DNA of 64,000 bases, taken from positions 318,805 to 382,804 of the forward strand of contig CAWCVD010000007.1 in the NCBI GenBank assembly GCA_963798925.1. The letters are read 5' to 3'. This document shows positions 54,907 through 63,907 of this stretch, piece by piece (within the stretch, counting starts at the first letter, position 1; the number at the start of each line of letters is the position of its first letter). The stretch comes from an uncultured Acidobacteriaceae bacterium (lineage in GTDB: Bacteria; Acidobacteriota; Terriglobia; Terriglobales; Acidobacteriaceae). A model generated the notes under the pieces. It saw only the letters and a list, made by a program, of their open reading frames with translations. It was not told where the DNA came from and ran no database searches. Both the position numbers and the translations under genes were made by a program.

Positions 54907-55596
54907 ATGAGCGATTGGATTAAGTTGACGGCAAGCGACGGTCATGAGCTGAAAGCGTATGTTGCCCGGCCTGAGGGTAAGGCGATTGGTGCGCTGGTTC
55001 TGGTGCAGGAGATCTTTGGCATCAACGCGCATATTCGCAGCGTTGCGGATGGATATGCGAAGGATGGATTTCTGGTGGTAGCGCCGGCGATCTTCGACAG
55101 ACTTGAGCGCGATCTGGAACTGGGGTACGGACCTGAGGATATGAAGAAGGCGTTTGCGCTCTATCCGGGTCTGAAGCCGGATGTGACGCTGCTGGATGTT
55201 GCGGCTGCCTATGAGGCGGCGAAGGAGGCCGGGAAGGGGATCGGCGTGCTGGGTTTTTGCTACGGCGGGCTGGTGAGCTGGCTGGCGGCGACGCGTGGGG
55301 AGAATTACAAGATGCGGCCTGCGTGTTGCGTTGGGTACTACGCGGGTGGGATTGGCGCAGCGGCCAAAGAGGAGCCGAGCTGTCCGGTGCAGTTGCATTT
55401 TGGGGCTGAGGACTCGCATATCGGCAAGGATCAGATTGAGGCTGTGCGCGCGGCGCATCCTGAAGTGGAGATTTATGTGTACGAAGGGGCGGGGCATGCG
55501 TTCAACCGCGATGTGCACCCGGAGAGTTTTCATGGGCCCTCGGCGAAACTGGCTCGGGAGCGGACGTTGAAGTTTCTGAAGACGCACATTGCGTGA
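54907..55596 (+). CDS. dienelactone hydrolase family protein (cytoplasmic type)
   Basis: LVQEIFGINAHIRSVADGYAKDGFLVVAPAIF, nucleophile elbow GFCYGG, GAGHAF. ATG 54907 within ORF 54895..55596. Confidence 0.85.
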   Translation: MSDWIKLTASDGHELKAYVARPEGKAIGALVLVQEIFGINAHIRSVADGYAKDGFLVVAPAIFDRLERDLELGYGPEDMKKAFALYPGLKPDVTLLDVAAAYEAAKEAGKGIGVLGFCYGGLVSWLAATRGENYKMRPACCVGYYAGGIGAAAKEEPSCPVQLHFGAEDSHIGKDQIEAVRAAHPEVEIYVYEGAGHAFNRDVHPESFHGPSAKLARERTLKFLKTHIA

Positions 55597-55713
55597 GCTG
55601 AGCGTAAATGTTTGAGGGTTTAGGTGTCCGCTTGATTGCCGGGTTTGGCTGGCGGTGATATCCTTAGGAAGACACTAAGAGTGGACTAGAAGAATCAGGA
55701 GCAGAAAAAAGCT

Positions 55714-55980
55714 GTGTTGGCATCCGCTAAAAAGACAGACATTATTGCAAAGTTTCGCACCCACGACTCCGATACCGGGAGCCCTGAGGTTCAGATCGCG
55801 ACTTTAAGCGAGCGCATTGGCGAATTGACGGAGCACTTCAAGGAACACAAGAAGGACCATGGCTCGCGTCGTGGACTTCTGATGCTTGTCAGCAAACGTC
55901 GCCGTTTGCTGGATTACCTGAAGAAGTGCGATGCCGACCGCTACCGCGAGGTCATCGGCAAACTCGGAATCCGCAAGTAA
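55714..55980 (+). CDS. rpsO: 30S ribosomal protein S15
   Basis: [51 protein letters not shown]; GTG start; upstream of pnp as in most bacteria. Confidence 0.95.
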   Translation: MLASAKKTDIIAKFRTHDSDTGSPEVQIATLSERIGELTEHFKEHKKDHGSRRGLLMLVSKRRRLLDYLKKCDADRYREVIGKLGIRK

Positions 55981-56166
55981 CCGCATCGTTCCCGGAGAAA
56001 CCGTTCAAACTATGGAAGTACACACGACCCGTTCCAGGTCGGCTGCAAACTTCGTGCAGGGTCAGGTAAGACCATGCCGCTGGAGTTGCTGACGATGAGA
56101 ACGGATGGCGTGGTCTCCGCGAGGGTACGGTCTCGGCGAGTACCCGACCCCACACGATTTTTATCA

Positions 56167-56216
56167 GCGCAGTTCCGTGGCGGCGCAATAACTGCCCGCG
56201 CGGAACTGCGCTTTTT
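56167..56216 (+). terminator. long hairpin + T-run in the rpsO-pnp spacer (terminator/attenuator, possible RNase III target)
   Basis: GCGCAGTTCCG...CGGAACTGCGC arms (56167-56177 and 56201-56211) followed by TTTTT. Confidence 0.55.
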
Positions 56217-56280
56217 CGCGCCCGCACTACGGATGACGCGATCAAAGCTTAATTAGAGGAAAAGAGAGAAGAGAGGCAAC

Positions 56281-58692
56281 ATGAAACAGGATGTGACAGT
56301 TGAGCTTGCCGGCGGCAAGCAAATTAAATTTGAGACCGGACGCATGGCGAAACAAGCCTCCGGCGCAGCGCTCACGACAAGTGGCGACAATGTAATTCTA
56401 GCGACGGCTGTGGCTTCGCCGGATCCGAAAGAGGGTATAGATTTCTTCCCGTTGACGGTGGAGTATCGCGAGTTCACGTACGCTGGAGGGCGCATTCCCG
56501 GCGGATTTATCAAGCGTGAAGGAAGGCCGAGCGAGAAAGAGATTCTGACGAGCCGCCAGATTGACCGGCCGATCCGCCCGCTGTTTCCAGAGGCGTTCCG
56601 GAATGAGACACAGGTGGTTGCGTTTGTGTACTCGGCGGATAAGGAAAATGACCCGGATGTGCTGGGAATCAACGGAGCAAGCTGCGCGCTGGCGCTGAGC
56701 GATATTCCGTTCCACGGGCCGGTGGGTGCGGTGCGAATCGGTATTGTGGATGATCAGTTTGTTGTGAATCCTACGTATGCGGAGCGCGCGAAGAGCCTGT
56801 TGAACATCATGGTCGTCGGAACGAAAGACGGTATTGTGATGATCGAGTCGGGTGCGCAGGAGATCGCCGAGGAGCGCGTCGTCGATGCGATTGAGTTTGG
56901 CCATGAGCAGATTAAGAAGATCTGCGCGGCGATTGAGGATTTGGTCAGTCGGGCTGGGAAGACGAAGCGGCTGGTGGGTGCGGTTGAGACCGACCATGAG
57001 TATCTGAATGGGTTGACCGCGAAGGTTGGCGCGAAGCTGAAGGATGCGCTGGATACGCAGAAGCATCCGAAGTTTGAGAGCTATGCGCTGGTCAAAGAGA
57101 TCAAGGATGAGCTGAAGAAGGATCTGCCGGAAGGTGACGCGGACGCTGCGAAGAAGCTGAGCAAGTATTACGAGCTGCTGCGCGAGAAGATCTTCCGCGA
57201 TCAGGTGCTGGTTGACCGGATTCGGCCGGATCATCGGGCGTTCGATAAGATTCGCGACCTGACGATCGAGGTTGGGGTGTTGCCGCGGGTGCATGGTTCG
57301 GCGCTGTTTACGCGCGGTGAGACGCAGGCGCTGGTGAGCGCAACGCTGGGAACGACCGACGATGCGCAGCGGCTTGAGAGCTATGAGGGCGAGCAGAAGC
57401 GACGCTTCATGCTGCACTATAACTTTCCGCCGTTTTCCGTTGGTGAAGTTGGACGTATGAGTGGCGTGGGTCGGCGCGAGATCGGACACGGAGCGCTGGC
57501 TTCGCGGGCGATTGAGGCGGTTTTGCCGGCTGAGGACGAGTCGCCGTATACGCTGCGGGTGGTTTCGGACATCCTGGAGTCGAACGGGTCGTCTTCGATG
57601 GCGACGGTTTGCGGCGCGTCGCTTGCGTTGATGCAGGCGGGTATTCCGATCAAGGGGTCGGTTGCGGGCGTCGCGATGGGCCTGGTGAAGGAGGGCGAGA
57701 ACTACGCCATTCTGACGGACATTGCCGGTGCGGAAGATCATTACGGCGACATGGACTTCAAGGTTGCGGGTACTCGGAAGGGAATCACCGCGCTGCAGAT
57801 GGATATCAAGATCATGGGGATCACTCCGCAGATTATGCGCGAGGCGCTCGAACAGGCGCGGCGTGGGCGGTTGTTCCTGCTGGATACGATGGACGGCGTG
57901 ATTGCGAGCGCTAGCCAGGAGAAGTCGCAGTTTGCTCCGCGGATTCATACGCTCCAGATTCCGACGGACAAGATTCGCGACCTGATCGGGCCGGGAGGCA
58001 AGGTGATTCGCGGAATCATCGATGCGACCGGCGTGAAGATCGACGTGGACGATTCGGGACGTGTGAATGTTGCTTCGAGCGATGCCGATGGGCTGGCTCG
58101 GGCGATTCAGATGATCAGCGATCTGACGGCTGTGCCCGAGGTTGGCAAGACTTATCTGGGCAAGGTCGTGAGGCTGGCTGAGTTCGGCGCGTTTGTCGAG
58201 ATTTTCCCAGGAACCGATGGCTTGCTGCACGTCTCCGAGATTGCAGAGCATCGCGTGAAGGAGGTCAAGGATGAGCTTCGCGAGGGCGATCAGATTCTTG
58301 TGAAGGTGTTGGCGATCGAAGGGAACCGGATTAAGCTTTCGAGGAAGGCGGTTTTGCGAGAGCAGCGCGCGAAGCTTGGCCTGCCGGAACCGGGACAGAT
58401 TGGAACGGATACCGGACGCGTTGAAGCCGGTGGCGCGCCAGCTCCGAGCCAGGATTTGGATGATGGCGATGAGGCTGGAGACGATTTCGATGACGATGGC
58501 GACGAGCCGGCGGACGAGCCAAACTTCAACCGGGCTGATGGCACTCCTCAGGTTCCTGTGGCTGCCGGTGGCCAGAGGCCGAATGGACCTGGTGGACAAC
58601 AGAGACGACCGGGTGGACGACGTCGCCGCGGCGGACGCAGGCCGGGTTCTGGTCCCGGCGGCGGGCAGCATAGTGGTGGTGGCAATCGCTAG
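56281..58692 (+). CDS. pnp: polyribonucleotide nucleotidyltransferase (PNPase) with ~100-aa acidic + Arg/Gly-rich C-terminal tail
   Basis: Two RNase PH-like domains, KH (GPGGKVIRGI) and S1 (GKVVRLAEFGAFVEI). The tail reads DDGDEAGDDFDDDGDE...RRPGGRRRRGGRRPGSGPGGG. Confidence 0.95.
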   Translation: MKQDVTVELAGGKQIKFETGRMAKQASGAALTTSGDNVILATAVASPDPKEGIDFFPLTVEYREFTYAGGRIPGGFIKREGRPSEKEILTSRQIDRPIRPLFPEAFRNETQVVAFVYSADKENDPDVLGINGASCALALSDIPFHGPVGAVRIGIVDDQFVVNPTYAERAKSLLNIMVVGTKDGIVMIESGAQEIAEERVVDAIEFGHEQIKKICAAIEDLVSRAGKTKRLVGAVETDHEYLNGLTAKVGAKLKDALDTQKHPKFESYALVKEIKDELKKDLPEGDADAAKKLSKYYELLREKIFRDQVLVDRIRPDHRAFDKIRDLTIEVGVLPRVHGSALFTRGETQALVSATLGTTDDAQRLESYEGEQKRRFMLHYNFPPFSVGEVGRMSGVGRREIGHGALASRAIEAVLPAEDESPYTLRVVSDILESNGSSSMATVCGASLALMQAGIPIKGSVAGVAMGLVKEGENYAILTDIAGAEDHYGDMDFKVAGTRKGITALQMDIKIMGITPQIMREALEQARRGRLFLLDTMDGVIASASQEKSQFAPRIHTLQIPTDKIRDLIGPGGKVIRGIIDATGVKIDVDDSGRVNVASSDADGLARAIQMISDLTAVPEVGKTYLGKVVRLAEFGAFVEIFPGTDGLLHVSEIAEHRVKEVKDELREGDQILVKVLAIEGNRIKLSRKAVLREQRAKLGLPEPGQIGTDTGRVEAGGAPAPSQDLDDGDEAGDDFDDDGDEPADEPNFNRADGTPQVPVAAGGQRPNGPGGQQRRPGGRRRRGGRRPGSGPGGGQHSGGGNR

Positions 58693-58713
58693 AGTTTTAT
58701 CATCGTTTACGAC

Positions 58714-58748
58714 AAGAGCCGCGCAGATGCGCGGCTCTTTCGGCTTTT
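58714..58748 (+). terminator. rho-independent terminator after pnp
   Basis: Perfect 11-bp stem AAGAGCCGCGC-agat-GCGCGGCTCTT followed by a T-rich tract. Confidence 0.8.
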
Positions 58749-58795
58749 GCACTGGAGAACTTGTTAGTGCCGGTGTTTTTGGCGGGTGGCATGGT

Positions 58796-59713
58796 TTGTT
58801 CCTTGTCGCGTTGATGATTTGTTTCGGCTGGAGTGGATTCGCGCAGGAGATGGCTTCCCAGAAGATCACCAATGGAGTGTGGTTTCTGCTGGGCGACGCG
58901 GGGAAGGGATATAGCAATACCACTGTGATTGAGATGAAGGATTATCTAATTGTGGTGGATGCGAACTATCCTGGGAGAGCGAAGGAGCTGCTGACATTGG
59001 TGAAAGGTTTGTCGAAGAAGCCGGTTCGTTATGTCTTCGACACGCATGCTCATGGAGATCATTCGTACGGAAATTCGGTGTGGACTGCGGCGGGAGCTAC
59101 GACGATGGCCTTCAGCGGCGTGGTGGACGAGATGAATCGGTGGGAGCCGGTGAGGTGGCAGGCGGCGATGGTGAAACGCGATGATGTTCGCGAGACGGGA
59201 GAGAGCGATGTTCAGCGGCCGCTGAAGGTGATCGACGGAGATTCGTTTGTGCTGCGGGACGGGGAACGTGAGGTTCGGTTTCTGTTTCTTGGTTGGGGGC
59301 ATACTCCTGGTGATGGATATGTGTGGTTGCCGAAGGAACGGGTGCTTTGTACTGGAGATGCGGCGGTGAATGGGCCCAGAAATAAGTTGCTTGATGCCAA
59401 TATCGCAAACTGGCCCGATGTTCTCGGCAAGGCTCTAGCACTGAAGCCGCTTTATGTTCTGCCTGGTCATGGCGCGGCGGGTGGTCCGGAGATTCTGTCG
59501 GGTCAGGCGAGGTTTCTCCGTGACCTTTACTCGGAGGTAAAAAAGCAGACCGACGCGGGAAAGACGCCTGCGGAGATGCGGATCAAGCTGCCGGATAGCG
59601 ATAGCAACTGGGTACCGAACCGTCCTGATGGATTGCAACAGGATATCGAGACGGTATATCTGGAACTGACTTCGCATGCGCCGGCGGGTTCGGTGCCTCA
59701 TGTGTGGAAGTGA
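58796..59713 (+). CDS. MBL-fold metallo-hydrolase, secreted (start uncertain)
   Basis: THAHGDHSYGN zinc motif and GHTPGD, with a signal-like LFLVALMICFGWSGFAQE. The long ORF 58376..59713 overlaps the pnp tail and terminator, so an internal TTG (58796) or ATG (58814) start is more likely. Confidence 0.75.
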   Translation: MFLVALMICFGWSGFAQEMASQKITNGVWFLLGDAGKGYSNTTVIEMKDYLIVVDANYPGRAKELLTLVKGLSKKPVRYVFDTHAHGDHSYGNSVWTAAGATTMAFSGVVDEMNRWEPVRWQAAMVKRDDVRETGESDVQRPLKVIDGDSFVLRDGEREVRFLFLGWGHTPGDGYVWLPKERVLCTGDAAVNGPRNKLLDANIANWPDVLGKALALKPLYVLPGHGAAGGPEILSGQARFLRDLYSEVKKQTDAGKTPAEMRIKLPDSDSNWVPNRPDGLQQDIETVYLELTSHAPAGSVPHVWK

Positions 59714-59728
59714 TTTCTAACTAGCGCG

Positions 59729-60643
59729 ATGAGACGACTCTATGTCATGCGATGGATGGTAGGAGTTGCTTTCATCGTGCTTTGCGTTTTGTCCGCTACT
59801 TCGTGGGTGATTCCGGAGGCGATGCAGGTTGGATTGCCTCCGTTGGAGCGCCAGGGAGTCGTCTTTGGTGCGATTGGTTTGATCGCGGTATTGATTGGTC
59901 ATCGCGGGGCGAGATTGCGCATTGGAGGGAAAGTGTATACGTGGTTGGCACTGGCGTCTTTGGGACTGTTTGGAGTTCCGGACGCCGTTGCCGAGTATGC
60001 GGGGAGCAGTGTGCCGGCTTTGAGTCGTGCTGCGTTGTACGCCATGGTTCCTGTGGTGGTAGGGATGGTGGTGGCGGCGGGCAGCGCGAGCGAAGCTGAG
60101 GCGCGAGGTGCGAGGATGTCACTGATTCCGGCGCTGATTGGGCTTGGAGGGTTGCTGCTGGTTCTGCCCTTGGAGTTTTCAGGTTCGGTGCGCGGATGGA
60201 TCATGTTGACGATAGTGTGTGCGGCAGTGGTTCTGATGGGAATGGGGAGTGTGTGGTTGCATCGGCTGCTTGGCGCAACGCGATTTGGGGCGGCGGTGGC
60301 AGTGGTGGGGTTGGCCAATGCGGCATTTCTTCTGCTATGGAGCGCTGTTCATGAGGAGATGGTCTGGCCCTGGAGGGGATTGGTTTCGGCGGGGTCGCTT
60401 GCGTCGCTCGTCGACGCGGTTGAGATACTGTTGATTCTCTGGCTTGTTGGGAAGATGACTCCTGTGCGCTTTGCTGCGCGCTATTTCGCGATTCCGTTGT
60501 TGATTTTGGCTGAAGGCTACGTGCTGGAGAGGCCGGAGTTGACCGTCAGGTTGGTGTCGGGGATGGTGTTGCTGGGGGCGGGAGCAGGGATGCTTCTGTT
60601 CTTCAAGGCCGACAAGGAAGAGACGGTGTTGTCGCTTCGTTGA
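59729..60643 (+). CDS. polytopic membrane protein (DMT/EamA-like topology)
   Basis: About 10 hydrophobic segments, 304 aa. Family assignment is tentative. Confidence 0.5.
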   Translation: MRRLYVMRWMVGVAFIVLCVLSATSWVIPEAMQVGLPPLERQGVVFGAIGLIAVLIGHRGARLRIGGKVYTWLALASLGLFGVPDAVAEYAGSSVPALSRAALYAMVPVVVGMVVAAGSASEAEARGARMSLIPALIGLGGLLLVLPLEFSGSVRGWIMLTIVCAAVVLMGMGSVWLHRLLGATRFGAAVAVVGLANAAFLLLWSAVHEEMVWPWRGLVSAGSLASLVDAVEILLILWLVGKMTPVRFAARYFAIPLLILAEGYVLERPELTVRLVSGMVLLGAGAGMLLFFKADKEETVLSLR

Positions 60644-60660
60644 TACTTTTCTGCGAGCGC

Positions 60661-60675
60661 ATTGCGGGGTACACT
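60661..60675 (+). promoter_or_regulatory. third copy of the ATTGCGG(G)GTACACT motif (-10-like TACACT)
   Basis: ATTGCGGGGTACACT. TACACT at 60670-75 lies 7 nt before ATG 60683, which would give a leaderless transcript. Confidence 0.25.
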
Positions 60676-60682
60676 GCGGAGA

Positions 60683-61093
60683 ATGGCTGCTTCCATGTAC
60701 ATTGTGGTCGAAGGCGAGGATCCCGGATTCGACATCTTCGTGAATGGGCGCTCGCTGGCGCGGCATGAAGATGCGTTGGAGCGGCTTGCGCTTCGACTGG
60801 GAGTGCGTCCGCTGATTGAATTTTTCTCCGCGGATGAGAATTCGATGTCGCTCTTGATTGAAGAGGGTGCAGGAAATCAGGAGTTGATGCGACGTCTGCC
60901 GCCTCCGCAGTGGTATTCGCCGGAGGATGGGTTGAGGACGGTGCGGGCGCTCCTGTTGGCGTTGGAAGGCGATCCACGACAGCTTGGAACGGAGGGGGAA
61001 GAAGTGCTCTCCGAGCTGCTGGAGTATGCGCATGTGTTGGAAAAGACGATGGACAGAAAGATGCGGTGGCATCTGGCGGTGAGCTGGCGTTAA
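60683..61093 (+). CDS. hypothetical protein
   Basis: ORF track start TTG 60662 lies inside the promoter-like motif. ATG 60683 (MAASMYIVVEGEDPGF) is preferred. No family recognised. Confidence 0.45.
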   Translation: MAASMYIVVEGEDPGFDIFVNGRSLARHEDALERLALRLGVRPLIEFFSADENSMSLLIEEGAGNQELMRRLPPPQWYSPEDGLRTVRALLLALEGDPRQLGTEGEEVLSELLEYAHVLEKTMDRKMRWHLAVSWR

Positions 61094-61140
61094 AGGCCTG
61101 GTTCGCTTTTGCGTTCGAGAGGTTCAGAGTTCATGGAAAA

Positions 61141-61180
61141 GCCCAGCCTTCGCATTTTCGCGAAGGCTGGGCTCTGTTTT
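61141..61180. terminator. bidirectional terminator between convergent genes
   Basis: GCCCAGCCTTCG / CGAAGGCTGGGC stem, with A-run upstream and T-rich tract downstream. Confidence 0.7.
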
Positions 61181-61194
61181 GGTTACAGTGCTGC

Positions 61195-63000
61195 TTATTC
61201 GACGTCGCTGACCTTGCCACCCTTGAAGGTAATCTTCATGTCTTTGTAGACGTAGACCTTCTTGGTGCCGAGATCGATGATGCGGGTCGGTTGGCCCATG
61301 CTCGCCGTTACCTGATCGACCGTCTGCCCAAGGGCAATGGTGGTGGGAGCGGCTGCTGGGGCGGCGGCGGGTGCTGCCGGTGGCGGGATGGGAGCTGAGA
61401 CGGCGGTATCCGATGGGCCGGAGACTGGAGTTGCGCTTGCAACTTCCTGCTCGGCCTGATCGGCAGCCTGAGTCTGGGCGGCGATCTCGGTGGAGGCGGT
61501 CTGGTCGGGCGGTGGAGCGCCTACAGTGAACGCTGCCTGAACAGGAGCTGCCGTTGCTGACGGCGGCGCGGCGGGAAGGCCACCCTTACCCTGCTTAGAT
61601 TGCAGATCGCCCATGCCCGCATCGATGGTCTCGCGCATGTGATTCTGCATGTCCTGGAGATCGTTGAATGCGATGGTGACGTGATCGGACTTCGCGCATT
61701 CTTTTCCGCCTTTGCTGGCGAGAACGATTGCGGTAGCTCCATCAGCGTCTGCTGGAGGCGCTGAGGCGACTTCGACGATGTCACCCTGGCTGATGGGACA
61801 TTCGGTTCCGGCGGTATTGACGAGATCGAGATCGGAACCAGCGATGAAGACGTGGGGCTGGTTGTCGCTTAACATACGGGCGATGCTGCTGGAGGCGGGA
61901 TCAGGTTGCTGGTTCTGGGCGTTGACGGCGGCCTCGGAGTTTTCGAGTGCGATCTGACGCTTGACCTCGTCGGCGACCATCTGCTTGATATCCGGGGTGA
62001 GCACCGGCTGTGCATTGGCTGCAGCGACGGCGTTCGCCTGTGCCTGAGCATTGGCAGCGACCTGTGCGGTATAGGCGGCCTGAAGGCTGGTGGCGATCAG
62101 GTAATCGGTGAGCCAGAATGCGGCGCTGGGATAGACGGGGTAGGGCGCGAAGTAGGCTCCGTAGTAGCCGTACCAGGGCGATGCACCCCATCCCCAGGAG
62201 TAGGCGATGGGAACGGCCCACGGGTTATAGGCCCAGCCGTAGAAGCCTACGGGATAGTAGCGGGCGGGCGCGTAAACGTCCATGTAAACGCCGCGATAGG
62301 CATAGCGGTTGTAGTAGCGGTCGTAGTAACGGCCGTGATCGTAGTAGGTGCGATGGCCGTATTCCCGGCCGTGGTACATGTAAGGGTGCTGGACGTAGCC
62401 GCGGCCACCGCGTTCGGCGTAGACGCGGGAGTGGTCGGCGCGCTCGACGGAGACGTGGCGATTGCCGTTGAGGCCGTGATGGATGTCCATTCCACGGCGG
62501 GAGTCGTGGATGTCGGCGCGAGAACCATTGGCCCGTGTGCGGACGACGCTGCCGTTGGCTGTATGAACCTCGTGGCTGCCGGTGGGGGTGCGGCCCACTG
62601 GTCCACCGGCGTGCGAAACGGTGGTGGTTGATCTAGTAGTCGAGGAGGTTACAGTGTGGCCACCAGGGGTTGTTGTCGTGTGAGTTGTGGTGGTCGTGGT
62701 ATGGCTCGCGGTTGTCGTGTGGCCAGCGGTCGTCGTCGTGGTGTGGCCCGCGGAGGCAGTGGTGGTATGAGCGCCTGTGGTTGTGGTGGTGTGGCCAGCG
62801 GTCGACGCACCCCCGGTCGAATGGGCGGCCGGTGCCGCAGGCTTAGCGGCGGGGGCGGCCTTTGGAGCAGGGGCGGCCTTCGGAGCGGGTTTTGATTGAG
62901 CCGTTGCGGCTATGGTGAGGCCCAAGCACAGCGAGAGTGGCAAGGCAGTGACTAACCGAGACGGGATTGATTTCGAGGTTCGAACGAATGAGAGGAACAC
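61195..63000 (-). CDS. secreted low-complexity protein (GHTTTT repeats, Tyr/Arg/His/Trp-rich block, C-terminal ~50-aa shared domain)
   Basis: GTG start with AAGGAGA 5 nt upstream; signal peptide ...TIAATAQS. Composition described under findings. No family recognised. Confidence 0.7.
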   Translation of the reverse strand: MFLSFVRTSKSIPSRLVTALPLSLCLGLTIAATAQSKPAPKAAPAPKAAPAAKPAAPAAHSTGGASTAGHTTTTTGAHTTTASAGHTTTTTAGHTTTASHTTTTTTHTTTTPGGHTVTSSTTRSTTTVSHAGGPVGRTPTGSHEVHTANGSVVRTRANGSRADIHDSRRGMDIHHGLNGNRHVSVERADHSRVYAERGGRGYVQHPYMYHGREYGHRTYYDHGRYYDRYYNRYAYRGVYMDVYAPARYYPVGFYGWAYNPWAVPIAYSWGWGASPWYGYYGAYFAPYPVYPSAAFWLTDYLIATSLQAAYTAQVAANAQAQANAVAAANAQPVLTPDIKQMVADEVKRQIALENSEAAVNAQNQQPDPASSSIARMLSDNQPHVFIAGSDLDLVNTAGTECPISQGDIVEVASAPPADADGATAIVLASKGGKECAKSDHVTIAFNDLQDMQNHMRETIDAGMGDLQSKQGKGGLPAAPPSATAAPVQAAFTVGAPPPDQTASTEIAAQTQAADQAEQEVASATPVSGPSDTAVSAPIPPPAAPAAAPAAAPTTIALGQTVDQVTASMGQPTRIIDLGTKKVYVYKDMKITFKGGKVSDVE

Positions 63001-63061
63001 GACGATCTCCTTGAATTATGTTTTGTCTAATGTGCTGCCTCCCGCGGCCAGCATGCGAGTG

Positions 63062-63907
63062 TCACTGGATGTCGGTGACCTTGTTATTGACAAAGGTCAC
63101 TTTCATGTCGGGATAGTAGTCGATCTCTTTGGTGCCGAGCTTGACGACCTTTGTGGGCTGGCCAAAGTTGGCAATGACCTCGTCTTTTGTCTGCTTGAGG
63201 GCGATGGTCTTGGGGGCTGCCGGCGGAGTATCAGCAGGAGGCGGTGGAGGCGCGATCGGGGCCATAGGCGCTGGGGCCGGCTCGGCCGGAGCAGCAGCAG
63301 CTGTTGCCGGAGCATCTTGTTTGGGGCCACCTTTTCCTCCCTTATCATCGGCTGCCGCATCGCCTGGGTCGACTTTGAGAACTTCACCGACAGTGGTGTC
63401 GACCTCATCCGGTGTGGGAAGCGCACCTTTGAATGGGAATCTCAGGGTTGCGTAGTAACGGACGTCAGAGATGGGGTCGCTGAGGAGTTCGAGGGTGACG
63501 CCATCAGTATTAACAGTGATCTTTGTGACCCAGAACTTCTCGCCGGCAACGAATGTGCGCGTCTGAACGGTTGCGTTTGGGTTCGCGTGGGAGACCAGGC
63601 CACCGAAGCCGGGCATCTTGGCGATCTTCCAGATGCCTTGTGAGATCTTGCCGTCACGGTACGTGTTGGCCGCGGCACTTCCGGTCGAGGTGGCGCTCAT
63701 GAGGAGGCCATCTTTTTTCAGGACAAGTACAGCTCCTGCGGTGACGATATCGCTTTTGTCCGCTGCCGCCTTGCTGACGGTGTAGTCCGACTCCAGCTTT
63801 TGCTGAATGCTTGCTGGAGTAGTTGCCGTCTGGGCGATGAGAGGAAGGCAGGAGAGCAGAAGAGCGTAGGCAGCGACGCGTGAGGGTAAGAATCGGAGCG
63901 GGATCAT
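63062..63907 (-). CDS. secreted protein sharing the C-terminal domain of the downstream paralogue
   Basis: ATG 63907 (MIPLRFLPSRVAAYALLLSCLPLIAQ) with AAGGA upstream. Pro/Ala linker, then KTIALKQTKDEVIANFGQPTKVVKLGTKEIDYYPDMKVTFVNNKVTDIQ. Confidence 0.7.
   Translation of the reverse strand: MIPLRFLPSRVAAYALLLSCLPLIAQTATTPASIQQKLESDYTVSKAAADKSDIVTAGAVLVLKKDGLLMSATSTGSAAANTYRDGKISQGIWKIAKMPGFGGLVSHANPNATVQTRTFVAGEKFWVTKITVNTDGVTLELLSDPISDVRYYATLRFPFKGALPTPDEVDTTVGEVLKVDPGDAAADDKGGKGGPKQDAPATAAAAPAEPAPAPMAPIAPPPPPADTPPAAPKTIALKQTKDEVIANFGQPTKVVKLGTKEIDYYPDMKVTFVNNKVTDIQ

Noticed and set aside
54472-55587. 371-aa minus-strand ORF (and ORF 54360..54908)
   Set aside because: It is antisense to the dienelactone hydrolase gene and the small upstream ORF. 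Composition is Arg/Pro/His-rich and codon bias is opposite to the local strand trend.
56398-58923. 841-aa ORF on the minus strand spanning the whole pnp gene
   Set aside because: It is the antisense shadow of pnp in high-GC DNA. The translation is Arg/His/Leu/Pro-rich low complexity with no motifs, while the plus-strand frame has unambiguous PNPase, KH and S1 signatures.
62977-62984. tRNA T-arm-like GGTTCGAA
   Set aside because: No acceptor or anticodon stems can be drawn around it, and it lies within the signal-peptide coding region of the 61195..63000 gene.
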